A stretch of DNA of 64,000 nt, taken from Trichormus sp. ATA11-4-KO1 (GTDB lineage Bacteria; Cyanobacteriota; Cyanobacteriia; Cyanobacteriales; Nostocaceae). The notes below the pieces were generated by a model that worked only from the letters and a program-made list of their open reading frames with translations, had not been told where the DNA came from and ran no database searches. Shown here piece by piece: positions 42,084 through 52,804 of this stretch. Made by a program: the position numbers and the translations under genes. Position 1 is the stretch's first letter; every line of letters begins with the position of its first letter. The stretch covers positions 1-64,000 of the forward strand of contig JAHHIM010000026.1 of the NCBI GenBank assembly GCA_019358915.1. The letters are read 5' to 3'.

Positions 42084-42720
42084 CTTTGCCACTGCATTGT
42101 GAATTGCAGGCAATTTCGGCAAAAATAAATCCCCTAATTCCCTTCAACAGTGGGCTTTTAACATTCTCTCTTTTTTTAGTAACTATAACAATACAACTAT
42201 TAGATCCCCACTCCCCACTCCCCCTGAGTGCGTAAACTCAAAACTCTTTACTGATTGTTGTTGAAAACCATTAAGGTCGGCAAGAGAATGAGCTAAGATC
42301 AAATACATTAGGGATAAAAGTAAAGCCGAGTTCCCGGACTTCCCAGCAATGCCAATGACTACAAGCAGGCAAATCAAACAACCGCGATCAACGCTTGATT
42401 TGGAGTATTTTTTATCACATAATTGTAGGAAGTACTCACCAGCAAATATTCACCTGGTTAGGAGAATTACAGAATTGTGTGACTTCTATGAAGTAGACAT
42501 TCGCTGAGTGACCTGAAGGAGGTTGAGTTCAACAGGTGCAGTAATTACAGTCTATGATCCCAACATTCCCTAGATTTTGACAACGACAAGCAAGTCTAAG
42601 GGTGGAGTCGTTAGACGCACTGATTCTGAACTACGGAACTGACTTCCAAAAGGTATTATCGGGGTAAAACCCAATTTTCATTAGGTTTAACTACGTTGTT
42701 TAAAAAGGCAGAAGCAGTAC

Positions 42721-43032
42721 ATGCTACACCGCAAGATTTATCAACTGTGTTGCGACGGGCGGGAGGTATGTGTATTCTTGCGGGACCAGCAACGCTGGAT
42801 TGAACGCGCCCGCATCCTCGATATAGAGGGAGATTTAGTGACACTACGCTATGAAACAGACGAGGAAGACGAAGTTTGTGCTTGGGAGGAAATGGTTCGT
42901 CTTGAAAGCATTGGCTCTGTAACCCAAAAATTAGCCTCAGTGCCACGCGGTAATATAGAACCTCTGATGACGGAAGATTGCCCAGAAGCGGAGCGTATCC
43001 GTAACCATTTTCCCGATTCAAATCCTGAATAG
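42721..43032 (+). CDS. DUF6679-like conserved cyanobacterial protein
   Basis: MLHRKIYQLCCDGREVCVFLRDQQRWIE N-terminus. Confidence 0.75.
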   Translation: MLHRKIYQLCCDGREVCVFLRDQQRWIERARILDIEGDLVTLRYETDEEDEVCAWEEMVRLESIGSVTQKLASVPRGNIEPLMTEDCPEAERIRNHFPDSNPE

Positions 43033-43086
43033 TTAGGTACTTCCTCACTGAGTCCTGAGTAGTATATCGTACTCAGGATTCATCCT

Positions 43087-44796
43087 TTAAGAATCAGAAT
43101 TGGATAAGCGTTCAAAAGCAGGACAGTAACCCTCAAGAGTCACTTTGAAGTTATATAACGGGGAAGCGGGATTCCAACATCGCTGCCCCCTTTGGTGTCG
43201 GCAAGTGCCACAACAATCTACATCAGACCAAGTATAGCGATCGCCACTTTGGTTGAGCAGTTCTCGTGGAGACAATCCCCGTAATACTAGTTCTTCACCC
43301 TGCCAGCGAGCTTCAATTAAACCAGTATCGGCAAACTGTCGCCACCGTGGGTCATCTGTAATGGCATCAGGTAAGGTGATTGTGACTACCGTGCCTAATT
43401 CTGTTAATTCACCCTCATAGTTAGTTTCTGGGGGGGCTGGCTGCATAAATGTCTCACCAATCGGCAATTCTACCAAGGTGCCAGCCGAGGGAGAATGCAC
43501 GTGGTAGCGGTTTTGTAGCTCTTCTAAGCTAGTTAAGTCAGCTAAATAAGCCGGGGAACCGTGGACAAAAACAACGTGCTGGGGACGTAAATTATGAATT
43601 AGCTGCGTAGTACCAGGTCCGTCACTATGCTGGGCTAGAAGATAGCTTTCGTCGGTAGTAGGTGCTGAATATTTTTTATTAATTTTTATATCAATTTTTT
43701 CTGGTAATAGGATGAGCCAAGGCCCAGTTTCTCTTTGGCAGTATTGATGCAAATTGGCTGTGGAGTCGGTGAGCACAATACAAGGAGACTTACCCACAGT
43801 GGCACGATCTGCCGATGGTAAACGACGGACTCGCGGACGTACTCGTTCATCCCAAAACAACGGTTGATGACGGGCGAAGTTCTGTACTGATGGAGGTAGA
43901 TGAGGCAGTAGTTCCAGGTAAGCATCACACCCAGTGGCGACAGCACCATCAACCCAAATATCTAAATCCCGTCCTGTGAAGTGGTGATGAGAGCGTAAAA
44001 GCATTAGCAGTTCTTGACCTAAACCTAAAGCAGGTGTAGGTAGTAGCACAGAACAATTCTCGGCGATCGCCCGATTAATGCGCTCGGCTAGTTGGTTTTC
44101 TTGGTTGCGGCGGTGGGGATGACGCGATGTGCCATAAGTGCCTTCAATAATTAGCACATTTAACTCTAAGCCCCGCAACTCTTCTAAACGCAAGCCTTCT
44201 ACTAGCCGCGAGTTTGACAAGAAAAAATCACCTGTATACAGTAACTTGTAAGAGCGCTGCTTGGTGGTGTAAGTGAGGAGTATTGCCACTGCTCCTGGTA
44301 GATGTCCGGCAGGAAATAATTCTACTACCAGACCTTCTTGGATTTCTACAGGCGATCGCAACGGCAATGCATGACACAGTTGGGGAATTTTTTGAGAATC
44401 TTGGTCTAGCCAATTGAGCGGTAGTAACTTGCTAGTCACCTCGCTGGCATAGATGGGTAAAAGTGGGAAAGCCTGGTGCAGTCCTAGCAAACCTCTAGCG
44501 TGATCTGGATGGGCGTGACTAATTAAGACTAAATCTGCTGGCATCGGTGAACTGCCGCGACGGGCTGATTTAGCCAACGAGCTGAGCAATAATGAAGTGT
44601 CCCCCAAGCCACAATCCAGTAGTACGCGGTGTGGACCCATCCGCACTAATAAACACACGCCCTCATCGTAATGCTGGACACTATAAGGCAAACAGTCTAA
44701 TTCGCTAGCCATCTCCCCAGCATCAACGCGAGAGGATGCCGACATATCCCTCATGCTTTCCTCCCCTCCGACCTCATCATCATTGACATACCCCAA
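43087..44796 (-). CDS. MBL-fold/beta-CASP metallo-hydrolase with C-terminal Cys cluster
   Basis: LLDCG, SHAHPDH, AGHLPGA, YTGD, EGTYG, VHG. Confidence 0.9.
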   Translation of the reverse strand: MGYVNDDEVGGEESMRDMSASSRVDAGEMASELDCLPYSVQHYDEGVCLLVRMGPHRVLLDCGLGDTSLLLSSLAKSARRGSSPMPADLVLISHAHPDHARGLLGLHQAFPLLPIYASEVTSKLLPLNWLDQDSQKIPQLCHALPLRSPVEIQEGLVVELFPAGHLPGAVAILLTYTTKQRSYKLLYTGDFFLSNSRLVEGLRLEELRGLELNVLIIEGTYGTSRHPHRRNQENQLAERINRAIAENCSVLLPTPALGLGQELLMLLRSHHHFTGRDLDIWVDGAVATGCDAYLELLPHLPPSVQNFARHQPLFWDERVRPRVRRLPSADRATVGKSPCIVLTDSTANLHQYCQRETGPWLILLPEKIDIKINKKYSAPTTDESYLLAQHSDGPGTTQLIHNLRPQHVVFVHGSPAYLADLTSLEELQNRYHVHSPSAGTLVELPIGETFMQPAPPETNYEGELTELGTVVTITLPDAITDDPRWRQFADTGLIEARWQGEELVLRGLSPRELLNQSGDRYTWSDVDCCGTCRHQRGQRCWNPASPLYNFKVTLEGYCPAFERLSNSDS

Positions 44797-45029
44797 CAGC
44801 CAAGAATTACGCTGCTCCTGATTTTGTGACCTAGGGGTAAGTTTTGTTGTGCGCGTCTATACCCTGAGAATAGAGATTTTTGACTAGGGCGGACGCTGAC
44901 AACGAACTGACTCCAGTTCGGGAAAGTGGGTTAACAACAACCCCTCACATTTGGGGCTAAAGGGGTTTAGCTCTTGCCTGTTTTGCCTTCCAAAGTTCTA
45001 AACGGGAAATTTCTATCCTGGAAATTTTC

Positions 45030-45152
45030 TCAATGAGCAGAGCCATTACCGTGATAGTTTTCTGAATCATAAAATCCATTTTTAGTGCCAAAGAACAGGC
45101 ACAAAACAGTGAATATAACTGTTAATCCGGCTAAAATTAGCTTTACATCCAT
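45030..45152 (-). CDS. ndhP: NDH-1 subunit NdhP (absent from ORF track)
   Basis: MDVKLILAGLTVIFTVLCLFFGTKNGFYDSENYHGNGSAH*, with the diagnostic GTKNGFYD..YHGNGSAH tail. Confidence 0.93.
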   Translation of the reverse strand: MDVKLILAGLTVIFTVLCLFFGTKNGFYDSENYHGNGSAH

Positions 45153-45446
45153 TTTTTCGCTGTTCCTGACTAAAGACTTTCTTATATTAATAGAGCGCTG
45201 GCCAAATGCGGCTGAATCACTAGAAAATCTTTACTATGGTTGTGTTGATTGAGCAATAGGTAGATTTACCACAATCAGTCAAATTGTAGAACTTTTCAGC
45301 TCACCTGTCTATTGATCCGCGTCATCAGTCTGGTATCAGGGCAAAATTAATTTTTAGGAACGTGTCACTTCCCCAGTTTAATGTAAATAGTCCTAATAAA
45401 CTGCGTACACCAATTTGCTAACTCATGGACTACGCCCCGCTAGCCT

Positions 45447-46004
45447 TCACAAGATGACTTCTTTACCTTGCTCAGTGAAGCGAACCTCTTTAATATCCCA
45501 TTGGGGATTACTTGTTAAAGTTTTACGGAGACTACCAAATAAAGCAAACTGTTCACAACTTGAAAGAGAAACTAACTGGCGTTTCGATTGAGGAGATAAT
45601 CGCAAATCAATTGTGGCAACACCGTTCTCAACCCTAACGCGATAACCAGACAAGTTAAAGTCAGCTGTATCTCGTTCCTCAATAATTTTACCCACTGCAC
45701 CTGTTACAGGTTCCTCTGCTGGTACTGAAATTTTTTGCGGAATCAGTTCTTGACATTGAATATCACTTGTATACAAGGTGACATTAGTCGTCTTGCTAGT
45801 GGTGGCTTTGGAAGTTGCAGCAGGCGGATTTTGAGTTGGGCTTGGGGATGATATTTGTGGTGTAGTGGTGTTAGCAGGCGCTGGTGCTTCACTGTCAATA
45901 CTGTGGGAAGTTGGGCTAGAACTACAGCTACTGATGCTAGATGCGATCGCCACCATAATAAATGGTAAAAGATACCTTTTGCTGTTGTGAATTATGCTAC
46001 TCAT
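45447..46004 (-). CDS. GerMN-like (sporulation/spore germination domain) lipoprotein
   Basis: Lipobox-like ISSC, Ser/Pro/Thr linker, ATIDL...LSSCEQFALFGSLRKTL...EVRFT. Confidence 0.7.
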   Translation of the reverse strand: MSSIIHNSKRYLLPFIMVAIASSISSCSSSPTSHSIDSEAPAPANTTTPQISSPSPTQNPPAATSKATTSKTTNVTLYTSDIQCQELIPQKISVPAEEPVTGAVGKIIEERDTADFNLSGYRVRVENGVATIDLRLSPQSKRQLVSLSSCEQFALFGSLRKTLTSNPQWDIKEVRFTEQGKEVIL

Positions 46005-46251
46005 ATTTATGCTGGTGCTGTGGTTGTCTATTAACTTCAGTATCACTACTATTAATTCCGTTCGTGCTTGGATAAGACAGCAAACATAATTATTTACGCA
46101 ATTATCCTCAGCACACAAGCACCTAAATAACTACTCCTTTCACATTGACTCGAAAAATCTCTTTATCTTTTGGCGGAGAATTTTAAACAGAAAATACAGA
46201 CACTTGGTATCCCATCTATTCCGTGTAGTGTCTTGTGTGTTCCTAGTGCAA

Positions 46252-47133
46252 TTAATTCATCCCTTTTCTGACTAATTCTGGAATCAAAGAAGGACGTTCA
46301 GCTACGGGAACATGTGCTTCTTTAAATGCAGCTAATTTGCTTTGTGCTGTACCAAAGTTAGAATCACGTCCGATAACTGTGGCTAAAGTCCCAGTTTGTC
46401 GCCAATTTTTTCCTGGTGGTGCGTGTCTGCCTGCAATGTAAGCTATTACTGGTTTATCAATGGCCTCAGCAATGTATCGTGCTGCGGCTTCTTCACTACC
46501 GCCGCCGGGTTGACCGACTAAAACGATCGCCTCTGTGGTTTCATCTTCATCGAGAATTTGCAGCCATTGCAAAAAGGATGAACCGACGATCGCATCACTA
46601 CCAATACTGACACTAATTGATTGTCCTAAACCAGCCTTGGTCAATTCCCACGCGACTTCATAAGTGAGGGTGCTGCTACGACTAACGATCCCCACTGGGC
46701 CTGGAGTATACAATTCATTCGGTTGAGTTCCTAAAAGAATCTTCCCTGGGACAATAATTCCTGGACTGTTGGGCCCTACTACCAAGGTTTCACGTGCTTC
46801 GGTTTTGCGGAGCAACTGTACCATATCTAATGGTGGTACACCACCAGAGATAATGATAATCTGGCTGATATTGGAGGCGATCGCTTCTAAGGCTGCATCT
46901 AGTACTTGGTACGGGTGTACGCAGATGATAGCTGTATCAATTACCCCAAATTTCGCTACTACCTCTTCCACCAAATCGAATACTGGCAGATCATATAGTC
47001 GCTGTCCACCACATCCGGGATTGACACCAGCAACCAAATTTGTCCCATAAGCTTTCATTTGCGCAACATGAGTCGCTGTCATGAATTCAGAAAAGCCTTG
47101 GATTAATACTTTGCTGTCTGGCGTTAAGTTCAT
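46252..47133 (-). CDS. sucD: Succinyl-CoA ligase alpha-like protein, catalytically divergent
   Basis: VLIQG, YGTNLVAGVNPG, GPNSPG, SRSSTLTYE; MGHAG replaced by WRQTG. Confidence 0.85.
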   Translation of the reverse strand: MNLTPDSKVLIQGFSEFMTATHVAQMKAYGTNLVAGVNPGCGGQRLYDLPVFDLVEEVVAKFGVIDTAIICVHPYQVLDAALEAIASNISQIIIISGGVPPLDMVQLLRKTEARETLVVGPNSPGIIVPGKILLGTQPNELYTPGPVGIVSRSSTLTYEVAWELTKAGLGQSISVSIGSDAIVGSSFLQWLQILDEDETTEAIVLVGQPGGGSEEAAARYIAEAIDKPVIAYIAGRHAPPGKNWRQTGTLATVIGRDSNFGTAQSKLAAFKEAHVPVAERPSLIPELVRKGMN

Positions 47134-47212
47134 ATCAAGTTCTGGTAGTTTTAGCAGGCTAGGGAATAAATCTACTATGTCTTATAAGTTTATTGTTACT
47201 TAAACTATAGAA

Positions 47213-47986
47213 TTAATATCCTCCTACTATTCCTTGTCGCTTTGCTTGACGTTCAGCTTGACGAAATAGCCATAATCCTAGGGCGAAATATACTGTTCCA
47301 TTAATGAAAGCTATTAATAACATAGTTAAATCCAAACTTTCACCTCTTGCCATCAAATCACGCAATAATGAGGCACCAGTAGTCATGGGAAGTAATTTTG
47401 CCAAAATTCTTGCTGATCCTGTCCAACTTTCGGTGGGAATCGTCAGCAAAAATAATAAAGGAAATTGAGTGAGACTTAAAAGTTGCTGGACACGTTTAAA
47501 TAATAAGGATAAAGACCCCATTGCAAAAGCAAAGCCATTGGCTCCTAAGACTACGGTAACAAAAGGGAAAAGCAATGTGGGAGGAAAGTCGAGACGGCTG
47601 CCGGTTAGCAGCATGATGATCAAGAGAACGCTGAGGATTTGAATTATCTGCAAGATCAATTCAGCCAATGCTCGCATTAAAAAGACCTTAGTTGCACCAT
47701 AGCGCGAGAGAAACAGTTGTTCTAAAGTGCCAGTTTGTGCCTCTAATTGCAACTCTCCCGCTAGACTACCGAGAATGAATGACACCAAAGTCCAAAGCAC
47801 ATAGCCAATAATGATCGAGTCGAGGCGATCGCCTAATTGAAATGCCGCACCAGCAATATAACGAGAACTTAAGAAAAGTCCATAAAAAATGGAAGTGTAG
47901 ATAAAAAGACCACCTACTGTCTCCAAGGGATAGCGAATAAACATCATCCAACTGCGGTGCAATTCCGCTAAAAATAATTCAAGCAT
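47213..47986 (-). CDS. ABC-2 type permease
   Basis: Six TMs, EAQTGTLEQL motif; overlaps the ATPase gene. Confidence 0.88.
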   Translation of the reverse strand: MLELFLAELHRSWMMFIRYPLETVGGLFIYTSIFYGLFLSSRYIAGAAFQLGDRLDSIIIGYVLWTLVSFILGSLAGELQLEAQTGTLEQLFLSRYGATKVFLMRALAELILQIIQILSVLLIIMLLTGSRLDFPPTLLFPFVTVVLGANGFAFAMGSLSLLFKRVQQLLSLTQFPLLFLLTIPTESWTGSARILAKLLPMTTGASLLRDLMARGESLDLTMLLIAFINGTVYFALGLWLFRQAERQAKRQGIVGGY

Positions 47987-48935
47987 CGCTATTTCTGCCT
48001 TTTCTAACTATCTGCAAAAAGATTTGGGTGAGGTTCGCTTGCTCTTTTTCCAGGGAGGATAAAGGCAGAGGTTTGAGTATATCGAGGACTTTGTAGAGTA
48101 ATTCTGGCTTGGGTAAGTGGATAATTTGTGTGTCTTGAACTGCTGCACCAAGATTTTCTAAAGCGGTGATGCGTGACTCATCAAGTAAAGTTTCCACTTC
48201 AATTTGGTACCCAATTCCAGAAAATTGGCGGATTAATTCACTGGTTGGTAATTCTGTGATAATTTCACCTGCTTGGATAATGGCAATCCTATCTGCAAGT
48301 TCTTCAGCAATGCTGAGTTGGTGAGTAGTTAGTAAGATAGCGCAACCAGCAGCAGCAATTTCTCGCACTAAAATTTTTATATCTTCTGTGGCTTCTACAT
48401 CCAGTCCTAAAGTTGGTTCATCTAATAATAATAGTTGGGGTCGATGAACTAATGCCACGGCAAATGCTAGTTTTTGCTGCATTCCCCGTGAAAGATTTTG
48501 TACGGGTGTATGACGTTTTGCTATCAAGCCAAATCTTTCTAAAAGTGCTAACCCTGATTTACGAGCTTCACGTTGGCTAAGTCCTTTTAATACACCAAAA
48601 TATTCCAAATTTTCTTGGGGAGTTAATCGCCAGTAAAGGTTACGATTTCCTTCGAGTACCGCACCTAGTTTTTGCAGTGCTACTGGATTACGGTGGGGGT
48701 CACTACCAGTAATTCTCACCCAACCAGCATCCGGCTGAATTAATCCAGCTATCATTTTAATGCTGGTTGTCTTGCCTGCTCCATTAGGGCCAAGAAAAGC
48801 TAGTACCTCTTGAGGATTAATGCTTAAGGAGACATTTTTGACGGCTGCAATAATTTGGTTATTTTGACGGAAGGTTTTGTTGAGATTATGGGCTTCCAAC
48901 GCTTTCATGGAAATATCCAATGTTGTGGTTGACAA
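47979..48935 (-). CDS. ABC transporter ATP-binding protein
   Basis: GPNGAGKT, LSRGMQQK, LLLDEPT, TTH. Confidence 0.93.
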   Translation of the reverse strand: MSTTTLDISMKALEAHNLNKTFRQNNQIIAAVKNVSLSINPQEVLAFLGPNGAGKTTSIKMIAGLIQPDAGWVRITGSDPHRNPVALQKLGAVLEGNRNLYWRLTPQENLEYFGVLKGLSQREARKSGLALLERFGLIAKRHTPVQNLSRGMQQKLAFAVALVHRPQLLLLDEPTLGLDVEATEDIKILVREIAAAGCAILLTTHQLSIAEELADRIAIIQAGEIITELPTSELIRQFSGIGYQIEVETLLDESRITALENLGAAVQDTQIIHLPKPELLYKVLDILKPLPLSSLEKEQANLTQIFLQIVRKGRNSDA

Positions 48936-48989
48936 TAATCATGTGTGTATTTTAGTCATCCCAATTTAGTAATAGACATCTCCACAAAA

Positions 48990-50219
48990 TTAAACCTTTT
49001 TGTGAGCAGTTGGCTTGGCTAAACGAACTGCTTCTGTTACTGCTTCATCCAAATTTTCTACAACTATCAGAGCATCGCTTTGAGTTTTTAATGTGTCCAA
49101 AAAATCTTTAGCTACATTGAATTCAGAACCAGCAATCCGGACAACTAATCGCGGTAAATGAGTTTCGCGACGGCTTCTGCTACCATGAGAACCTGAAACG
49201 GATGATTTGGTTGCACTCTTGTCGTGTTGGACAAAATTAGTAATAATGTCTGCTACTTCCTCAGCTTGAGGAACGCTACCTAGGAGGTTAATGAGGATCA
49301 CTTGAATGCTTTTGTCAGCAGCTAAGATGTTCAAACCTTTGGCTAGGCGATCGCAGAAGGTAGTCGGTGAGATATCAGTGAGAAAAGCATGGCGCAAATT
49401 CAGACAACTACCAGGTTTACCACCAGCACTAGTGACTAAATCTAAGGTGGCCATCATCGAACCAGTACCATTGCCCAAAATACCTATTTTGCCGTGTAAT
49501 TCCATACCATCCCAATCGCCCAAATGGCCTTTGAGCAAACTGCCACTATGACGGTTAGCTATTTTGACCGCTATGTCGGCTAAATCTGGATGACGGCCGA
49601 TGGCTCGTTCGTTGATACTGACTTTACCATTGAGAGCCATAACTTGACCCGAACTATTCACGGCTAGGGGATTAATTTCTACTAAATCCAGGTCTTTTTG
49701 GACAAACAACTGGTACAATTTCTCTACAACTGTGCTTACCGACTGCATCAGCGTACCTTGTAAACCCATTTTTAAAGCCAGTCGCCGCGCATAAAAAGGA
49801 GAGAATTCCTGTTCAACGACAACATGGTGCATTTTCTCTCCTGCCGATTCCCAATCGATATCGGCTTCATTACAGCCTAAAAGTACTGGTCGGCAGACAG
49901 CAGTATCTAAAACTACTGCTAGATACAATTCCTGCTGACCCACATACTGAGATTCTGCCAGTAAAACTTCTGGTAACTCGCCCCAAATTGGCAAACTAAA
50001 AATAGTCTGGGCGGCAGCGATCGCATCGATTGTCGTTTCTACAAACCTCACTCCACCGGCTTTTGCCCTTTCACCCGCATACACCTGAGATTTGAGGACA
50101 ATCGGATAGCGAATTTTTAAGCGTTTCAAATCTGTCGGATGGTCAATTCGCTGAGATGGCAATACGGGAATGCCTATCTTTTTAAACCATTCTTTAACTT
50201 GGTACTCTAATAAATCCAT
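48990..50219 (-). CDS. sucC: Succinyl-CoA ligase beta-like protein, divergent
   Basis: MDLLEYQVK, KSQVYAGERAKAGGV, EINPL, GNGTG. Confidence 0.85.
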   Translation of the reverse strand: MDLLEYQVKEWFKKIGIPVLPSQRIDHPTDLKRLKIRYPIVLKSQVYAGERAKAGGVRFVETTIDAIAAAQTIFSLPIWGELPEVLLAESQYVGQQELYLAVVLDTAVCRPVLLGCNEADIDWESAGEKMHHVVVEQEFSPFYARRLALKMGLQGTLMQSVSTVVEKLYQLFVQKDLDLVEINPLAVNSSGQVMALNGKVSINERAIGRHPDLADIAVKIANRHSGSLLKGHLGDWDGMELHGKIGILGNGTGSMMATLDLVTSAGGKPGSCLNLRHAFLTDISPTTFCDRLAKGLNILAADKSIQVILINLLGSVPQAEEVADIITNFVQHDKSATKSSVSGSHGSRSRRETHLPRLVVRIAGSEFNVAKDFLDTLKTQSDALIVVENLDEAVTEAVRLAKPTAHKKV

Positions 50220-50637
50220 TGATATGCACCTGATATTTACACTTCCAAAAGTATTTCTTTGGTGCTGTTTTCTACTTTTTATAGCACCATAATTGCATAA
50301 TCAAGCTTTGTTCGTCCATAACAATTTATTTTTCTCGTATCAATTTTATCGAATTTAGTAAATGTAGCAAATCTCTTTCTCTGATTAAACTGTTACTACT
50401 GTACTTAATAGAAGTAATTAATCTGACCAGTGAGTTTGTCAGCATAGAACAAAATCCCCATTGATGTCAAAAAATTCTGGTATCTTATTCTTGCTCTCAC
50501 TACAGGGGACAGAGGAGCAAACTCAACAACGCCACTTCACTCCATTGCGTAGGTTCTCCCTGTTGCCGAAAGTGGCGTGAGACCCCAAAACCGCAGTGGT
50601 TTCTCAGTAAACACTGTTTGCATCAGGATTTTAGTTA

Positions 50638-50739
50638 TGTAGCAATTCTATATGAGTTGTGAAAATTAAAAATTTGAGCATCCTGATATATCCCAGATAT
50701 CGGCATTCTGGTTGAACACGAATAATTTAGGAATGCTGT
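50638..50739. mobile_element. Degenerate MITE, same family as 56059-56142
   Basis: TGTAGCAATTCTA ... TAGGAATGCTGTG, decayed versions of the TATAGCAATCCTA TIR. Confidence 0.4.
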
Positions 50740-51021
50740 GGAGATTTAATTGTTATCTGCCAAGGCTGGAAAACGCTCAAAATTTTTATTATTCCCATTT
50801 TTTATGAGCAATTTCTAGGGAAAGCTGAATTATTAAAATTTAATATCTAGGAGTGGGAAAAATCAGAAATAAAAATAATCACTAATTTTGGTGAAAGTGG
50901 AGAATTTGTGTTAAAAAGTTGTTCTATGATTTCCTGGCTATGGTTGGTTAAACTGTGCATCTGCATTCAATAAACGAAAAAAGATCAACAAAACAATATA
51001 GAAAACCAGAGGGAACGCTCT

Positions 51022-52755
51022 ATGAAAGTAGCAGTCCAGCAAGAAGACTTACAGCTTTTAGCCAGAACTTTGCAGGAACAAATTCTGGCAGAAATTCCCT
51101 CTGGTGAAGTTTTCCAAATTAAATGTGCTGTCAACAAAGACGAGTTGATGATTTTGACTCAACATCCAGTTAATGTCACTGTTGACACTCAGCGTATTTT
51201 TGCGGTACTTGAAGAAGCACTCCAGTCATTAATAACCAACAAGGAACAGTGGGTGCAATGTTTCCTCAGAATCTCTGGGGAAAAACTCCCTTATGCCAAA
51301 TGTTCTCTCATGATGAAGCAGAAGGAGTGTAAAGAAGCAGGGGGAGTAATACCTCCTACTTCTTCTCTGACTTATGTTCCATCTACTTCAGAGATGTATG
51401 AAGAGGAACTGTTTGACCTCGTAGCTGATACGCCGGATTTGTTGACTACCCAACCAAAACGCCCTGTTAAATTGATCCTGCTGGGAATAGCTTTCGCTGG
51501 CATTGGCGTGTTAGGTAGCGGCGTTTATTTATTAACTCGTCCTTGTGTCATGTCTGAGTGCCAAGAGATGCAAACTGCCCAGAAACTTAAAACAGATTCT
51601 CGGCAACTGATGCGTCGTGTGAGGTCAGAAAATCAATTAGTAGCACTGCAACAGCGACTAGAAGCAGCTAACGCTGACCTAACAAAGATTCCCCGTTGGT
51701 CACCTTATAATCAACAAGCAGAGGAACTAAAAATTACCTTGTCTGGGCAGTCAGAAAAAATTAACCAGGTGGTAAAAGCTTTACAGGCGGCATCTGTGGC
51801 GGAGCAAAAAACGCAAACAACTGCAAATAGCCTCGAAGAATTACAAGCTAGACAACACTTATGGCGGCAGGCGATCGCACCACTGGAAGGTCTAGGCCCT
51901 AATAGTGAACTTTATGGGCTGGTACAACCGAAATTAATCAAATATCGTGTCAGTTTACAAACTATCAATCAGCAGTTACTCGCCCAAGAAAAATGGCTAA
52001 AGAAACTCACAGATGCCAAAGCTGTCGCCAGTGTAGCGATCAAGCGGGAAGCTACTGCCAAATCTTTAAATGATTGGCAAAAGGCACATTCGACTTGGCG
52101 AGTAGTAGTTAATGCTTTGAATATCATTCCTCAGACTAGCCCAGCGTACCAAGACGCTCAAAATTTATTGGCAGAGTATAAACCTCAACTAGCAAGAGTA
52201 CGCGATCGCGCCATCATAGAACAATTAGCAGCTAAAAGTTACCAGCAAGCTATCACCACAGCTAATCAAGCCAAAGTCTATGAACAAAAAAACCAATGGC
52301 AGATCGCTGTTACATACTGGGATCAAGCTTTGCAGAATGCTAAACAAATTTCTCCAGATAGCTTTTATTACAATCAATCTCAAAGCTTAATTGCACCCTA
52401 CTCACAGGCCCTCCAGCAAGCACAAGATAAACTACAAGTCACTGTTAGTTGGCAACAAATCCGTACTGACTTAGATAAAACTTGTTCTAGTGAAATTCAG
52501 ATTTGTACTTTTATGATCAATGACACAGGAATTGTGGTCTCACTCACCCCTGAGTACGAACAAGTAATAAACAGTACCTTATCTGATACCACTCCTGAGA
52601 ATCAGAGTTCTCTAATTAGTGCTGCAAATCACTGGCAAGTTTTACAGGAAGCCCTAGCAGTAATTGGTGATAATGCCAATGTACCTTTATTTATCTACGA
52701 TACCCAAGGTCAAGGAATGTATACGCATATACCAGGAGTAGGAAGTGGGGAGTGA
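51022..52755 (+). CDS. Hypothetical membrane-anchored helical-repeat protein
   Basis: Single TM (ILLGIAFAGIGVLGSGVYLL), then repeated W..A...L..IP..S..Y..AQ units. Confidence 0.75.
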   Translation: MKVAVQQEDLQLLARTLQEQILAEIPSGEVFQIKCAVNKDELMILTQHPVNVTVDTQRIFAVLEEALQSLITNKEQWVQCFLRISGEKLPYAKCSLMMKQKECKEAGGVIPPTSSLTYVPSTSEMYEEELFDLVADTPDLLTTQPKRPVKLILLGIAFAGIGVLGSGVYLLTRPCVMSECQEMQTAQKLKTDSRQLMRRVRSENQLVALQQRLEAANADLTKIPRWSPYNQQAEELKITLSGQSEKINQVVKALQAASVAEQKTQTTANSLEELQARQHLWRQAIAPLEGLGPNSELYGLVQPKLIKYRVSLQTINQQLLAQEKWLKKLTDAKAVASVAIKREATAKSLNDWQKAHSTWRVVVNALNIIPQTSPAYQDAQNLLAEYKPQLARVRDRAIIEQLAAKSYQQAITTANQAKVYEQKNQWQIAVTYWDQALQNAKQISPDSFYYNQSQSLIAPYSQALQQAQDKLQVTVSWQQIRTDLDKTCSSEIQICTFMINDTGIVVSLTPEYEQVINSTLSDTTPENQSSLISAANHWQVLQEALAVIGDNANVPLFIYDTQGQGMYTHIPGVGSGE

Positions 52756-52804
52756 AGAGTTCATTGGTACCAAGTTAATCAAAATACTAAGCCAGTTGTT
52801 CTAT

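Noticed and set aside
42400..42720. Long leader upstream of the DUF6679-like gene as a riboswitch or sRNA
   Set aside because: No recognisable aptamer or convincing structure by eye; needs comparative data
44960..45170. Possible 6S-like ncRNA
   Set aside because: The segment is explained by the ndhP coding frame, and I cannot demonstrate a 6S rod-and-bubble structure
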